Below are positions 45,170 through 54,828 of a stretch of DNA of 64,000 nucleotides, one piece after another; position 1 is the stretch's first letter, and each line of letters starts with the position of its first letter. The notes under the pieces were generated by a model that saw only the letters and a program-made list of their open reading frames with translations, was not told the DNA's origin and did not search any database. This DNA comes from Oligoflexales bacterium (GTDB lineage Bacteria; Bdellovibrionota_B; Oligoflexia; Oligoflexales; JAPPIL01), in contig OZ244057.1 of the NCBI GenBank assembly GCA_965215515.1, positions 1,215,717 to 1,279,716 on the forward strand. Reading direction: 5' to 3'. Position numbers and translations under genes: made by a program.

Positions 45170-47044
45170 GTGGTGATCGGGGCGCGTTACGTTCTCGGCA
45201 GTAGAATAGCCTCAGGTGGCATGGCAGAGATACACCTGGGCAAGCAAGTCAGCAAGGATGGCTTCGAGCGTCTCTGTGCGATCAAGCGTATTTTGCCGCA
45301 TCTGTCTAGCAACCGCGATTTCATTGAAATGTTTCGTGATGAAGCACACATCTGCAAAAAACTCCAGCACACCAATATCGTACGCATCGAGGGGTTCGAG
45401 GAGATCGATGGCTCATTTGCCATCATCATGGAGCTTGTCGATGGCAGTGATTTGCGCTCTATTTTGTCAGCTTGTGAGCGTTCCAAATCTCGTTTAAGTG
45501 TGCCCATGGCGTTGTTCGTTAGCGCAGAAGCGGCACGTGGGTTGCACTACGCCCATACTAAACGTGATGATATGTCGCAAGCAGCGCTCGGCATCGTGCA
45601 CCGTGATATTTCGCCACAAAATATAATGATTAGCTACGAAGGTGAGGTAAAAGTCACCGATTTTGGTATCGCCAAAGCTAAAAACAAAAATACAGAAACA
45701 CAGACAGGCACAGTAAAAGGCAAGTATTCCTACATGAGTCCCGAACAAATTACGGCGCAAAAAACAGATCGCCGCTCGGATATTTTTTCGCTGGGCATTG
45801 TCTTGTGGGAAACACTGGCAATGCGCAAGTTGTTTCAAGCGGGCAACGATGTTACCACTATCGGCAGAGTGCGCAACTGCAAAATTACCACGTCACTATG
45901 CAAAGAAAACAAAAACGTTACACCAGAATTAGAAAAAATCATTCTCAAGTGTTTAGCTAAAGATCCCAAAGATCGTTATCAGACCGCAGACGAGATGGAA
46001 AAAGCAGTTCGTAAATTTCTCTATGCAAATTACTCTGACTTCAGTACTCACGTTCTCGGCAAATTCCTCAAAGGGTTGTTGAATAAAAAAAGAAAGCAAA
46101 TGCGCAAAAGCTTGCAAACTATGCTTTCACAAAAATCTTCACCAGCTGCTGCAGAGATGAAATTAGCACTTGCTAAATCTAGACACACAGAGGAGAAACA
46201 TGCCCCGCGCCTTCCCCCGCAAGCAGAAGACGGTAATGCTGCCCGTAAAATTGAGTTTGCACCACCAACGACTCTTTCTGACCCTGCCAAGCGCAAGAAA
46301 GGACACAGAGCAGTTGCTACACAGAGAGAGGCAAAGCCGTCGAATTATTTAGTTTTGAAAGAAGATCTTTCCAAATCGGTCAGAGAAAGTAAAAAAGAAG
46401 TGCTCACACCGCATGCCATCAGAGCACGGGGAAAAAGACGAGGACAACAGAAGAGCAGCAGCCTAAACATGTTGGTGGTTGCCAGTATCATATTTGTGGT
46501 TGGGATTATCGCTTATGTGGTAAAAAATAAACAGGACTTGCGCTTGTCACGCCCCAGCTACTTGGGGCTTAAACTCGACACAACACCCTCAAGAGTTAAA
46601 ATCAGCATCGACGACAAACTCTACAAGAATGGAGCATACCAGAAGACACCGCTTGTTGTACAAACTACCGCGGGGAAACATCTAGTCAAAATTTTTAGGC
46701 AAGGCTATCGTCCGCGTAAATTCGAATATCGGGGTGGGGAAGGGCAAACAATTGGAAAAACGCTGGTGCTCGAACCAAGCACCAGAATGTCTGCAGTGCG
46801 GATCGTCAGCGAAAATGCTAGCAAGAAATATCTCCTCGATATTAATAACGGCTTTTTTGTCGGCGAATCACCAGCTCTCGTGCCTGATTTAGTTTACAAC
46901 AAGAGACACTCCGTTCGCATCACACCCAAAGGTGGTGGACGCACGCAGCAGTTTGCCTGCAGCTTCGTGCCTACTTCCCGTTCCGTTAGCAGACCACATT
47001 TGCTGGTCATCAAGAGAGGACGCTGTGTCGGACGTACACATTAG
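45170..47044 (+). CDS. eukaryote-type Ser/Thr protein kinase with a transmembrane segment and an extracytoplasmic C-terminal domain
   Basis: Gly-loop LGSRIASGGMAEI, catalytic loop HRDISPQNIM, DFG (VTDFGIA), APE-like SPEQ. TM at about residue 440 (LVVASIIFVVGIIAYVV), then a ~170-aa C-terminal domain. Confidence 0.85.
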   Translation: MVIGARYVLGSRIASGGMAEIHLGKQVSKDGFERLCAIKRILPHLSSNRDFIEMFRDEAHICKKLQHTNIVRIEGFEEIDGSFAIIMELVDGSDLRSILSACERSKSRLSVPMALFVSAEAARGLHYAHTKRDDMSQAALGIVHRDISPQNIMISYEGEVKVTDFGIAKAKNKNTETQTGTVKGKYSYMSPEQITAQKTDRRSDIFSLGIVLWETLAMRKLFQAGNDVTTIGRVRNCKITTSLCKENKNVTPELEKIILKCLAKDPKDRYQTADEMEKAVRKFLYANYSDFSTHVLGKFLKGLLNKKRKQMRKSLQTMLSQKSSPAAAEMKLALAKSRHTEEKHAPRLPPQAEDGNAARKIEFAPPTTLSDPAKRKKGHRAVATQREAKPSNYLVLKEDLSKSVRESKKEVLTPHAIRARGKRRGQQKSSSLNMLVVASIIFVVGIIAYVVKNKQDLRLSRPSYLGLKLDTTPSRVKISIDDKLYKNGAYQKTPLVVQTTAGKHLVKIFRQGYRPRKFEYRGGEGQTIGKTLVLEPSTRMSAVRIVSENASKKYLLDINNGFFVGESPALVPDLVYNKRHSVRITPKGGGRTQQFACSFVPTSRSVSRPHLLVIKRGRCVGRTH

Positions 47045-47050
47045 AGCTTG

Positions 47051-48643
47051 TCACAGAGGAATGTTGCTGTGTTTTTTATACCGTACGGTGGTTTTTTTGT
47101 GGCGTAGCACATCGAGAGCTGCACACAGAGTAGTGCGTGTTTCGGAGGGAAAGATCACCGCATCGACAAAACCTTTTTGCGCCGCGATCCAGGGGTTAGA
47201 AAATTTTTCCCGATAGGCCGCAATCAGTTCTTGACGTTTGGCCTGTGGGTCGTCAGCCTGTGCGATTTCTTTTTTGAAAATTATATTGCATGCACCTTCT
47301 GACCCCATCACAGCGATTTCAGCATTAGGCCAAGCGCAGTTGAAGTCTCCCCCGATGTGTTTGGAACTCATGACATCGTAAGCACCGCCATAGGCTTTAC
47401 GCACGATGACAGTCAGTTTGGGCACGCTTGCCTCGCAATAGGCATAGAGCAGTTTCGCCCCGTGACGGATGATGCCCTGATGTTCTTGTGCAACCCCTGG
47501 CAAGAAGCCTGGCACATCGACGAAAGTCAGGAGAGGTAGGTTGAAAAGGTCACAGAAACGTACGAAGCGGGCAGCTTTGACGGAAGCTTCGCTGTCGAGC
47601 ACACCCGCCATGTGGTGCGGGTTGTTGCCGATGACACCGACCGCATTGCCTTGTAGACGGGCGAGAGCAATGATGATGTTGGGGGCATACTCCTCTTTTA
47701 ACACAAACAACGAGTCGGGATCGACTACTCTGGCAATCAGCGTTTGCATATCGTAGGGTAGATGCGCAGCCTGAGGCACGAGCGTTTCCAAATCACGGGC
47801 ATGGGCGCTGATGAGTGCGGGATCGAACTCCTGTATGCCCATAGGGGGCTTCTCGCCCGCGCGGGAAGGCAGATAGGAGAGCCAACGGCGCGCGGCGAGC
47901 ATTACGTCAGTTTCCGCGCCGCAGCGCAAATCGCAGACTCCGCTCTCGCGAGTGTGGATGTGCGCGCCGCCGAGACCTGCGAAATCGATCTCTTCCCCTG
48001 TCACTTCCTTGATGACATCGGGGCCTGTGATAAACATGTGGCTGATACCATCGACCATAAAGATGGCATCGGTCATGGCTGGTGAGTAGACCGCCCCGCC
48101 CGCACACGGCCCGACGATCAACGACAACTGCGGTATCACCCCGCTAGCTTGCACGTTACGGTAAAAAATATCGGCGTAGCCTGCGAGGCTAGCGACCCCT
48201 TCATGGATACGTGCTCCACCCGAATCGTTGATACCGATCAGCGGAACACCATTGTTCATCGCTAGTTCCATGATTTTGCAAATCTTTTTCGCCATCGTTG
48301 CCGAAAGACTGCCGCCGAAAACGGTTGCGTCCTGAGCGAAGAGGCAGATGCTGCGCCCGTCAATGCGAGCGAAACCAGTAATGACCCCATCGCCTGCAAC
48401 CTTCCTTTCCCCCATCCCGAAGTCTTGGCAGTCGTGTACGGCAAATTGGTCGAGCTCGACAAAGCTGTCGCGATCGACGAGCAACTCGATGCGCTCGCGT
48501 GCGCTGAGCTTTCCTTTGCGGTGCTGTGCGGCACAACGCATACCGCGGGTGGTTTGGGCACGCAAAGCGCTGAGTTTTTGCTGTTGGGCGTGCACGACTC
48601 TCCCTGTTATCGGTAGCGCGTGTGTGCGTGTAACACGATGCAA
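47051..48643 (-). CDS. acyl-CoA carboxylase carboxyltransferase subunit (propionyl-CoA carboxylase beta / methylmalonyl-CoA decarboxylase alpha family)
   Basis: 530 aa. Carboxyltransferase N- and C-domains (GKLSARERIELLVD...; ...LGGAHIHTRESGV; ...AYGGAYDVMSSK). Probable start at the internal Met (MRCAAQH). Confidence 0.85.
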   Translation of the reverse strand: MHRVTRTHALPITGRVVHAQQQKLSALRAQTTRGMRCAAQHRKGKLSARERIELLVDRDSFVELDQFAVHDCQDFGMGERKVAGDGVITGFARIDGRSICLFAQDATVFGGSLSATMAKKICKIMELAMNNGVPLIGINDSGGARIHEGVASLAGYADIFYRNVQASGVIPQLSLIVGPCAGGAVYSPAMTDAIFMVDGISHMFITGPDVIKEVTGEEIDFAGLGGAHIHTRESGVCDLRCGAETDVMLAARRWLSYLPSRAGEKPPMGIQEFDPALISAHARDLETLVPQAAHLPYDMQTLIARVVDPDSLFVLKEEYAPNIIIALARLQGNAVGVIGNNPHHMAGVLDSEASVKAARFVRFCDLFNLPLLTFVDVPGFLPGVAQEHQGIIRHGAKLLYAYCEASVPKLTVIVRKAYGGAYDVMSSKHIGGDFNCAWPNAEIAVMGSEGACNIIFKKEIAQADDPQAKRQELIAAYREKFSNPWIAAQKGFVDAVIFPSETRTTLCAALDVLRHKKTTVRYKKHSNIPL

Positions 48644-48741
48644 GCGTTATGTTAAGCCATAACATCTGCATGCAGGGTTACCCTGTCGATGCACCCAAAA
48701 AAGAAGCTGCCTAGCATCAGCAATCGTGCTAAAATCAGGGC

Positions 48742-49509
48742 ATGAACAGTCGGCAACGTAAAGCGACAGTGATCGCGGTGGCCAGTCCTCGCCAGGGCAT
48801 AGGCAAAAGCGTGGTGGCACTGAACCTCGCCGCATCCCTGACACTGGCGGAGAAACGAGTGCTGTTGGTCGTCGCTGACCCACGTCACACCGTGGCCCTA
48901 CACACCCCCAAAAACACCACCCTCTACGAGGTACTACACGATAACATCGCGCTCAGCAGCGCCATCGCCCCCGCCGCCCTGCCACAACTCGAAGTCGTCC
49001 CCTCGTCACCCGCACTGTGGCGACTAGAGGCGGATCTGCTGTGTGTCAAAGACCGAGAACTGCGCATGCAGCAAACACTACTGACGGTATCCACAATGTA
49101 CGACTTCTTGCTTATCGACTGCCCCTCCGCACTCGATCTGCTGGCCCTCAGTGCTCTGCTCGCCGCCGACAAAGTAATCATCCCCATCAATGCAACCACC
49201 TCCATGTGCGCAGAGGCAGAACAACTGCTGCGAGTGATAGCCAACCTGCGCCGCACCCTCCAACCCTCCCTAGGAGGGGTGCATCTAGTAGCCAACAAAG
49301 TAAACAAGCAAACAAACCACCACCACCAACCACCACTACAACTACTGGCAGTGCAAATTCCTACCAGCACAGACATCGCTACCGCCGCAGTGCTCGGCCT
49401 ACCCACAGTTCTCCAAGCAGCGGATAGTGACGGGGCCACCGCCTTCCACCAACTAGCCAAAACACTACTAGCAACCGACACGACCACAGCACAGGAGCAC
49501 AACCTGTGA
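48742..49509 (+). CDS. parA: chromosome partitioning ATPase ParA/Soj (divergent Walker A; His-rich insertion)
   Basis: ParA-like architecture (VIAVASPRQGIGKSVVALNLAASL, LIDCPSALD). Followed by parB with a 4-bp overlap. Low-complexity insertion NKQTNHHHQPPLQ encoded by CAA/CCA runs at about 49300-49330. Confidence 0.75.
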   Translation: MNSRQRKATVIAVASPRQGIGKSVVALNLAASLTLAEKRVLLVVADPRHTVALHTPKNTTLYEVLHDNIALSSAIAPAALPQLEVVPSSPALWRLEADLLCVKDRELRMQQTLLTVSTMYDFLLIDCPSALDLLALSALLAADKVIIPINATTSMCAEAEQLLRVIANLRRTLQPSLGGVHLVANKVNKQTNHHHQPPLQLLAVQIPTSTDIATAAVLGLPTVLQAADSDGATAFHQLAKTLLATDTTTAQEHNL

Positions 49510-50336
49510 CCACTGACGACGACAGCCCCACGCTAGCACCCCAACAAAACCAACAACAGATATTCCTAGTAGCACTCACCAAACTCACACCAGGCCCCTA
49601 CCAACCACGACTAAACTTCGACGACCAACGGCTGCAAGAGATGGCCACAAGCATTAAACACAACGGTGTACTACAACCCATAATCCTCACCCGCAAAGAC
49701 GATTGCTACAACATCGTAGCAGGTGAACGACGTGTACGAGCGGCACGCCTAGCTGGCCTGCGCAGCATCCCCGCTATCATCAAAGACCTAAGCGCAGCCG
49801 AGATGCTGCGCGTCGGCCTGATCGAAAACATACAGCGCAGTGACCTCAACGCCATCGAAGAAGCAACCGCCTACCAAACACTGATCAGCGATTTCGGCCT
49901 GACACAAGGACAATGCGCCAAACAAATCGGCAAAGACCGCTCCTCCATCAGCAACGCCCTGCGCCTGCTAACCCTGCCACTGGAAATAAAAACCGACCTC
50001 ACGCAACAACGCCTAAGTATGGGACACTGCCGCGCCCTGCTGTCGCTGCACAACACCGCCCTGATGCTGGAAGCACGCCAACTAATACTCAGAAAAAACC
50101 TCAGCGTGCGCCAAACCGAGCTCCTCTGTCGTAACCTACCGAGCAAAGATAAAAAAAACACCCGCAACAACACCGCCGAACTCAACCACCTGGCCGAAAG
50201 CCTGCGTACCCGACTCCAAACCCGCGTGCGCGTCTCTGGTTCTGGCAGCAAAGGACGAATCGAAATCTCCTACTTCTCCGCCGCCGAACTCGACCGCATC
50301 ACCAGCCTAATGGGTTGCCACCAAAGAGAAAACTAA
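49506..50336 (+). CDS. parB: chromosome partitioning protein ParB/Spo0J
   Basis: ParB box GERRVRAA (IVAGERRVRAARLAG), HTH region LTQGQCAKQIGKDRSSISNALRLL. Confidence 0.85.
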   Translation: MTTDDDSPTLAPQQNQQQIFLVALTKLTPGPYQPRLNFDDQRLQEMATSIKHNGVLQPIILTRKDDCYNIVAGERRVRAARLAGLRSIPAIIKDLSAAEMLRVGLIENIQRSDLNAIEEATAYQTLISDFGLTQGQCAKQIGKDRSSISNALRLLTLPLEIKTDLTQQRLSMGHCRALLSLHNTALMLEARQLILRKNLSVRQTELLCRNLPSKDKKNTRNNTAELNHLAESLRTRLQTRVRVSGSGSKGRIEISYFSAAELDRITSLMGCHQREN

Positions 50337-50602
50337 AAACTAGTAATCCCGACACGACAATGCTACAACGGCGCTTGCGCGAAGGCGCAGTCCCCGAACA
50401 CAGGGGGAGGAGCAAGACGACGGTGATTTTTTCCCGCCAAGACCTGCAAGTCGAAGAATGGTCGGAGCTGCTGGCATTCCTGCCCATCCTCGTTTTCGTC
50501 GCTCTCGTCACACCCTTCCTGCTCGCAGGCTACACCCTAGGGTTTTGCCTGAGCAGACTCGGCCTGTTGGAAGACTAACGCACTCCAGAGCAAAAAAATA
50601 TT

Positions 50603-51508
50603 GTGAAAATTTTGTCACTGTGCAAGAGTGGTCGCTCCTGTTTTTTTGTAACCCTATCACGGAGTATCGACATGCTACGAGCGCTACTGATGAGTACCTT
50701 GCTGCTGATGGCTGCAGCAAACGAGCAACCCTATGACTTCAGCACAGCGGATGCCCTCTTCGCACAGCGCGCCCCCACGGAGGAAGGGAAGGAAGCGATT
50801 CGACGCGCCCTGGCCGCCTACCACAGTGCTCTGGACACCGTCGAGGGTGACGATCTGCTGTACGCCGTCTCGCAAATCTCGCGTCTCTACATCTACGACG
50901 GAGACATGACCTACCCCGAAAGTGCCAAAAGAGAACGTATGCACATCTTCGACAACTGCCTCGCTACCTTGAAAGAATACCTCCACCCCGACGCAGTGGG
51001 GGAAACACCACAGTACTACTACTACAAAGTCTACTGCCTGGCACTGTGGGGTAAGGCGGCTGGGCCGCTGCGCGTCCTACTGCGTGCCCCCATCCTGAAA
51101 CGCTCCATCAGTGCAGGCCTGAAGCTCGACACCCGCTACGAAGGCGGAGGACTGCGCCGCATGGTGGGAGCTATCTACCTGAACAACAAAGCACGCCCCA
51201 TCGGTCTCTACAAACCAGCGGAAGCCCTACGACTGCTCGAAGAAGCGATTGCATCCGAAGGTGTCGCCGACCGCGCCTACCCCGAAATCCTCACGGGGGC
51301 TGATGTGTCCGAAAACTATTACCACTATGCCGAAGCACTGCTGAAAAACGGGCGCAAAGCAGAAGCGATAGATATTCTTGAACAGACAATCGCAGAATAC
51401 GAAGAGCTGATCGAACTGGAGGCACTGCCTGTAGGTCGCGAGCCAGAGGCACGCTACTATCTCCAGAAACTACGCGATCGGCTAACTGGATACACGGCTG
51501 AAGAGTAA
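50603..51508 (+). CDS. hypothetical secreted helical-repeat protein
   Basis: Probable start ATG 50672 (MLRALLMSTLLLMAAANEQ signal peptide). TPR-like helical hairpins. First of three co-oriented, abutting genes. Confidence 0.4.
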   Translation: MKILSLCKSGRSCFFVTLSRSIDMLRALLMSTLLLMAAANEQPYDFSTADALFAQRAPTEEGKEAIRRALAAYHSALDTVEGDDLLYAVSQISRLYIYDGDMTYPESAKRERMHIFDNCLATLKEYLHPDAVGETPQYYYYKVYCLALWGKAAGPLRVLLRAPILKRSISAGLKLDTRYEGGGLRRMVGAIYLNNKARPIGLYKPAEALRLLEEAIASEGVADRAYPEILTGADVSENYYHYAEALLKNGRKAEAIDILEQTIAEYEELIELEALPVGREPEARYYLQKLRDRLTGYTAEE

Positions 51509-52834
51509 ATGCCTAAACGGGACGCTAAGGGTAGCCGACGTGCACGAAAACACGTCGCATCGGCACGGTTACACGGAACATGGGAGGTGCGGGTAGTGAA
51601 ATTTTTTCTCGCAACAACGCTGCTGCTGACAGCTGAGGCGTGGGCACTGGAAAACGCAAAAGTCCTGCCGCAAGGTGTACGACGTATCAACATCAAAAGC
51701 TTGACCACCGATTTAGCCCGCACCTACAACGACGAGGGGGATCTGGCCAGCCTCGCCCAACCGTTGGCGAAAGATATCACCTTTGAAAACGTGCTGAAGG
51801 GCAAACAGGGACTGGACAACACCAGACTGCGTGCCTTCCTGCACGAAAACAATATCCCCCACGAACAAGTACTCGGTTCGCTGAGTGCTGACCTTAAAGG
51901 AAGTATCTGGGTGATTGCACCAGTCGTCGCCTACGGTCTGACGGAGCGCGTTACCCTGGCGATAGCCGCCCCGTTCTACCTTGCACGTACCGAAGTCGCA
52001 CTCGGCTACCGCGCTAACGAAACCAATGCCCAGAACTTCCTCAACCTTCTGAGCAGCCCACGATACAACCAAGTAGCCGCGGCACGCGAAGCCTACGATA
52101 GCCTCTCTGACGGCGTGGCAGCACTCAACGACAAACTGCTAGACAACGGTTACCGACAACTCGACTCTTGGGAAGACAAAGCATTCGGTGATATCACACT
52201 GGCAGTTAAAACCAGCATCGTCGGCGATGCCACCAGCGACCTACGCCTCGCCAACCTTACAGGTGTAGTAGTGCCTACAGGGAGAGTAGACGATCCTGAC
52301 ATACTGACCGACATCGCCTTCGGTGACGGTAGTTGGGACATCTTCGCGGGACTGATGTGTGACCAACAACTGACCGACAACGTCTTCCTTAACCAATTCG
52401 CCAAATTTACCTACCAAACGGAGACCGACCTTGTCGTGCGCACACCGACTGCCGACGAAGCCATCGCAGTGCCCAAGGAACGCCTGACCCTCAAGCCAGG
52501 CAACAAACTCGATCTCGGTGTCTCCGTGCAATGGGAATCAGAATCTGGCCTGGAAATGGGACTCGGCTACGAATTCAACCGCAAACAACAAGACAACTAC
52601 CGAGCACGTGCTGCAGTGCAACAAGAGCTTGAAAAAGAAACATTGTCGCAAGCGAACAACCTCGAAGTTAAACTCGGTTTCAGCACCATCCCCGCTTTCA
52701 AACGTAAACGAATACCGATACCACTGGACATCAGCCTGCAATACAAACGAGTAATCGATAGTCCCCTACTGGCAGCTAACAGAAATACCCCTGCAACACA
52801 GTTGTTTACGCTCGATATGAACTTCTATTTTTAG
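51509..52834 (+). CDS. putative outer-membrane beta-barrel protein
   Basis: Signal peptide (VKFFLATTLLLTAEAWA; probable GTG start near 51596). C-terminal ...TQLFTLDMNFYF ends in aromatic-x-Phe, as in OMP beta-signals. Confidence 0.45.
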   Translation: MPKRDAKGSRRARKHVASARLHGTWEVRVVKFFLATTLLLTAEAWALENAKVLPQGVRRINIKSLTTDLARTYNDEGDLASLAQPLAKDITFENVLKGKQGLDNTRLRAFLHENNIPHEQVLGSLSADLKGSIWVIAPVVAYGLTERVTLAIAAPFYLARTEVALGYRANETNAQNFLNLLSSPRYNQVAAAREAYDSLSDGVAALNDKLLDNGYRQLDSWEDKAFGDITLAVKTSIVGDATSDLRLANLTGVVVPTGRVDDPDILTDIAFGDGSWDIFAGLMCDQQLTDNVFLNQFAKFTYQTETDLVVRTPTADEAIAVPKERLTLKPGNKLDLGVSVQWESESGLEMGLGYEFNRKQQDNYRARAAVQQELEKETLSQANNLEVKLGFSTIPAFKRKRIPIPLDISLQYKRVIDSPLLAANRNTPATQLFTLDMNFYF

Positions 52835-52848
52835 GGAGCGAACAAAAA

Positions 52849-54780
52849 ATGCGCTACACTTTATCAATACTGTTACTGTGCGGTTGTGGAGTGAACGTGC
52901 CACCACTGGCGCAACAGGAAATCATCAGCAACCTCACTAAACCCGCCTGGCCTGTCGCACAGGAAGGGCTTAACCTGACGGGTAACAACAACCGACTTAG
53001 CATGAAAGGGTCATTGCTGATCTGGGATGAACAGATAGACAGGGCCGACATCGAACGTCTTTCAAAAGTTTCTTTGCTCAAAAAACAACAGTCGGTTAAC
53101 TACGAGCAGGTGTCGCAATACGTCGCTTCCGAACGGCAACGCCTGCAAGCGGCTCTCCCTCTGATCGACGCACAGCGGCGGAAAGTGCGCACCCTCACCT
53201 CCGCGGCCTACGCCCGTGCCCGTGCCGATAACCCTACTGAATGGCAACGCCGTCAGCGAGAGCAGTGGGACAAGGGATCTGCTTGGCTAGAGGCACGGAT
53301 AACCGAGCTGACGACAAACGATCCCCACTGGTCGCGGGAGCATACCGATCAGATACTGCATAACTACTGCGAAGGTAAAATTTTTGCCTTCGCAGTTAGC
53401 GAAAACCTCCTGCGTCGCCGCTATACGCAACGCCCCACTGCCCACATCATGTGCGAAAACCACTACCGTGCTTTGTTCGCCGATAAACCAGCCTGCCAGC
53501 CCGCCGAGGATGACGCGGGTCGGGACTACTTTCAATGTATATGGCTACACGGGGTACTCGCTTCCACCTACTTCGCCGCATACTACGCCACAGTAGAAAC
53601 ACAGCAAGAAAGAATCACCGCGCTGCAGCAAATGCTTACCGACGAACCTCAAACACTCAAACAACTTATCCTGACCGCCTACGACAACCCCGCGCAACGG
53701 CGTCACCTAAAATTCTACCAGCGTTTAGGACGCATAGGTTTTGGAGAGCGCGCCATAACGATAAGTCCTGGCAAAAGGCAACCGTTTATCCTGCGAGTAG
53801 TGCACGCCGTCGAATCACCCGCCCAACTGGAAGACATCGTTAGTCTCGCGGCCGAACACCGCATCTTCAACACACCCGCAACCTCGCCTGACAGCGCAGC
53901 GCAGCGCAACATCTTGATAAGCGGACTACAGGCGGTAGCCAAGACGGTGGCAGGGGTCAGCGTCAGCGACTACCGCTTTAACCGCGACATCGCCGTGCCC
54001 CGCTTCGCCGCAGTCCAAGAAGGCAACTGTGTTACCACAGGTATTCTCTCGGAAGCGATGGAGTTTCTCTGCAACCTACGATCTGCGGAAGCCCTGCTGC
54101 CACAGCTGTTGCAAGAAGTACAGTTGCCCTTGCCCGCCGCTGACCAAAAGATAATCGCTCACACCCAGCAACGACTAACCGCGATGCAGCGAGAATATGA
54201 CGATGCCCTCGCCGAACTTGAGAAACAAGACCTCGCCGCTTTCGATGTATACAGCCAAGCACTCGACACCGCCGTCAATACCGCACGCGGCCCTAATATG
54301 GCACAGGCACTGTTCACGGGATTGCAGTTGCAGATTGTCAAAGATGCGCAGCGATACGTCGTTAGTTTTAAATTACTGGAACGTAACGATAACTGGCTCA
54401 CTGCCTGTATCGCACGCACTAGTGGCGAAGGAACGAGCTGCGGCACGTTGCCCACAGATCAAGGGCAGGATACCGAACTTTTCCGCGCCTCATACGTCGC
54501 TGAAGAAGGGCGACTTGACTTACGCTTCAATCTGCAACAACCCGCGCGACTCGGTTTTGCCTCTCTCAGCCGCGCGTCTGACGACCGCGAGCTAGATCGT
54601 GCTTCCTTCTGTGATCTGACCCAAGCGAAGTTTAAAGATTTGCAACTCGACATGGAGCTCTACGCCAATCGCTTTGCCTCCACCCTAGCGATAATCACTG
54701 GCAGTGGTAAGTTTCAGAACACCGACGACGAGACCGTCTACCGAGCCAGGGTAAGTTTTGCCAGGGAGTTGGATATTTAG
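52849..54780 (+). CDS. hypothetical lipoprotein (643 aa)
   Basis: Lipobox LLCGC (MRYTLSILLLCGCG). Largely helical. No recognisable motif. Confidence 0.45.
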   Translation: MRYTLSILLLCGCGVNVPPLAQQEIISNLTKPAWPVAQEGLNLTGNNNRLSMKGSLLIWDEQIDRADIERLSKVSLLKKQQSVNYEQVSQYVASERQRLQAALPLIDAQRRKVRTLTSAAYARARADNPTEWQRRQREQWDKGSAWLEARITELTTNDPHWSREHTDQILHNYCEGKIFAFAVSENLLRRRYTQRPTAHIMCENHYRALFADKPACQPAEDDAGRDYFQCIWLHGVLASTYFAAYYATVETQQERITALQQMLTDEPQTLKQLILTAYDNPAQRRHLKFYQRLGRIGFGERAITISPGKRQPFILRVVHAVESPAQLEDIVSLAAEHRIFNTPATSPDSAAQRNILISGLQAVAKTVAGVSVSDYRFNRDIAVPRFAAVQEGNCVTTGILSEAMEFLCNLRSAEALLPQLLQEVQLPLPAADQKIIAHTQQRLTAMQREYDDALAELEKQDLAAFDVYSQALDTAVNTARGPNMAQALFTGLQLQIVKDAQRYVVSFKLLERNDNWLTACIARTSGEGTSCGTLPTDQGQDTELFRASYVAEEGRLDLRFNLQQPARLGFASLSRASDDRELDRASFCDLTQAKFKDLQLDMELYANRFASTLAIITGSGKFQNTDDETVYRARVSFARELDI

Positions 54781-54828
54781 ATATTTAGCGCGTAATAACA
54801 AAGGTTATTGCCACGCTTCAGCAACGAC

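Noticed and set aside
48644-48741. Near-palindrome cagggttaccctg upstream of parA as a parS site
   Set aside because: It does not resemble the conserved parS consensus (tGTTTCACGTGAAACa) and its centre is asymmetric. It is left unannotated.
50315-50578. 87-aa ORF after parB with one predicted TM segment
   Set aside because: It overlaps the parB stop, has an Arg/Lys-rich N-terminus, and shows no conservation signal I can judge. It might be a real small membrane protein, but the evidence is insufficient to call it.
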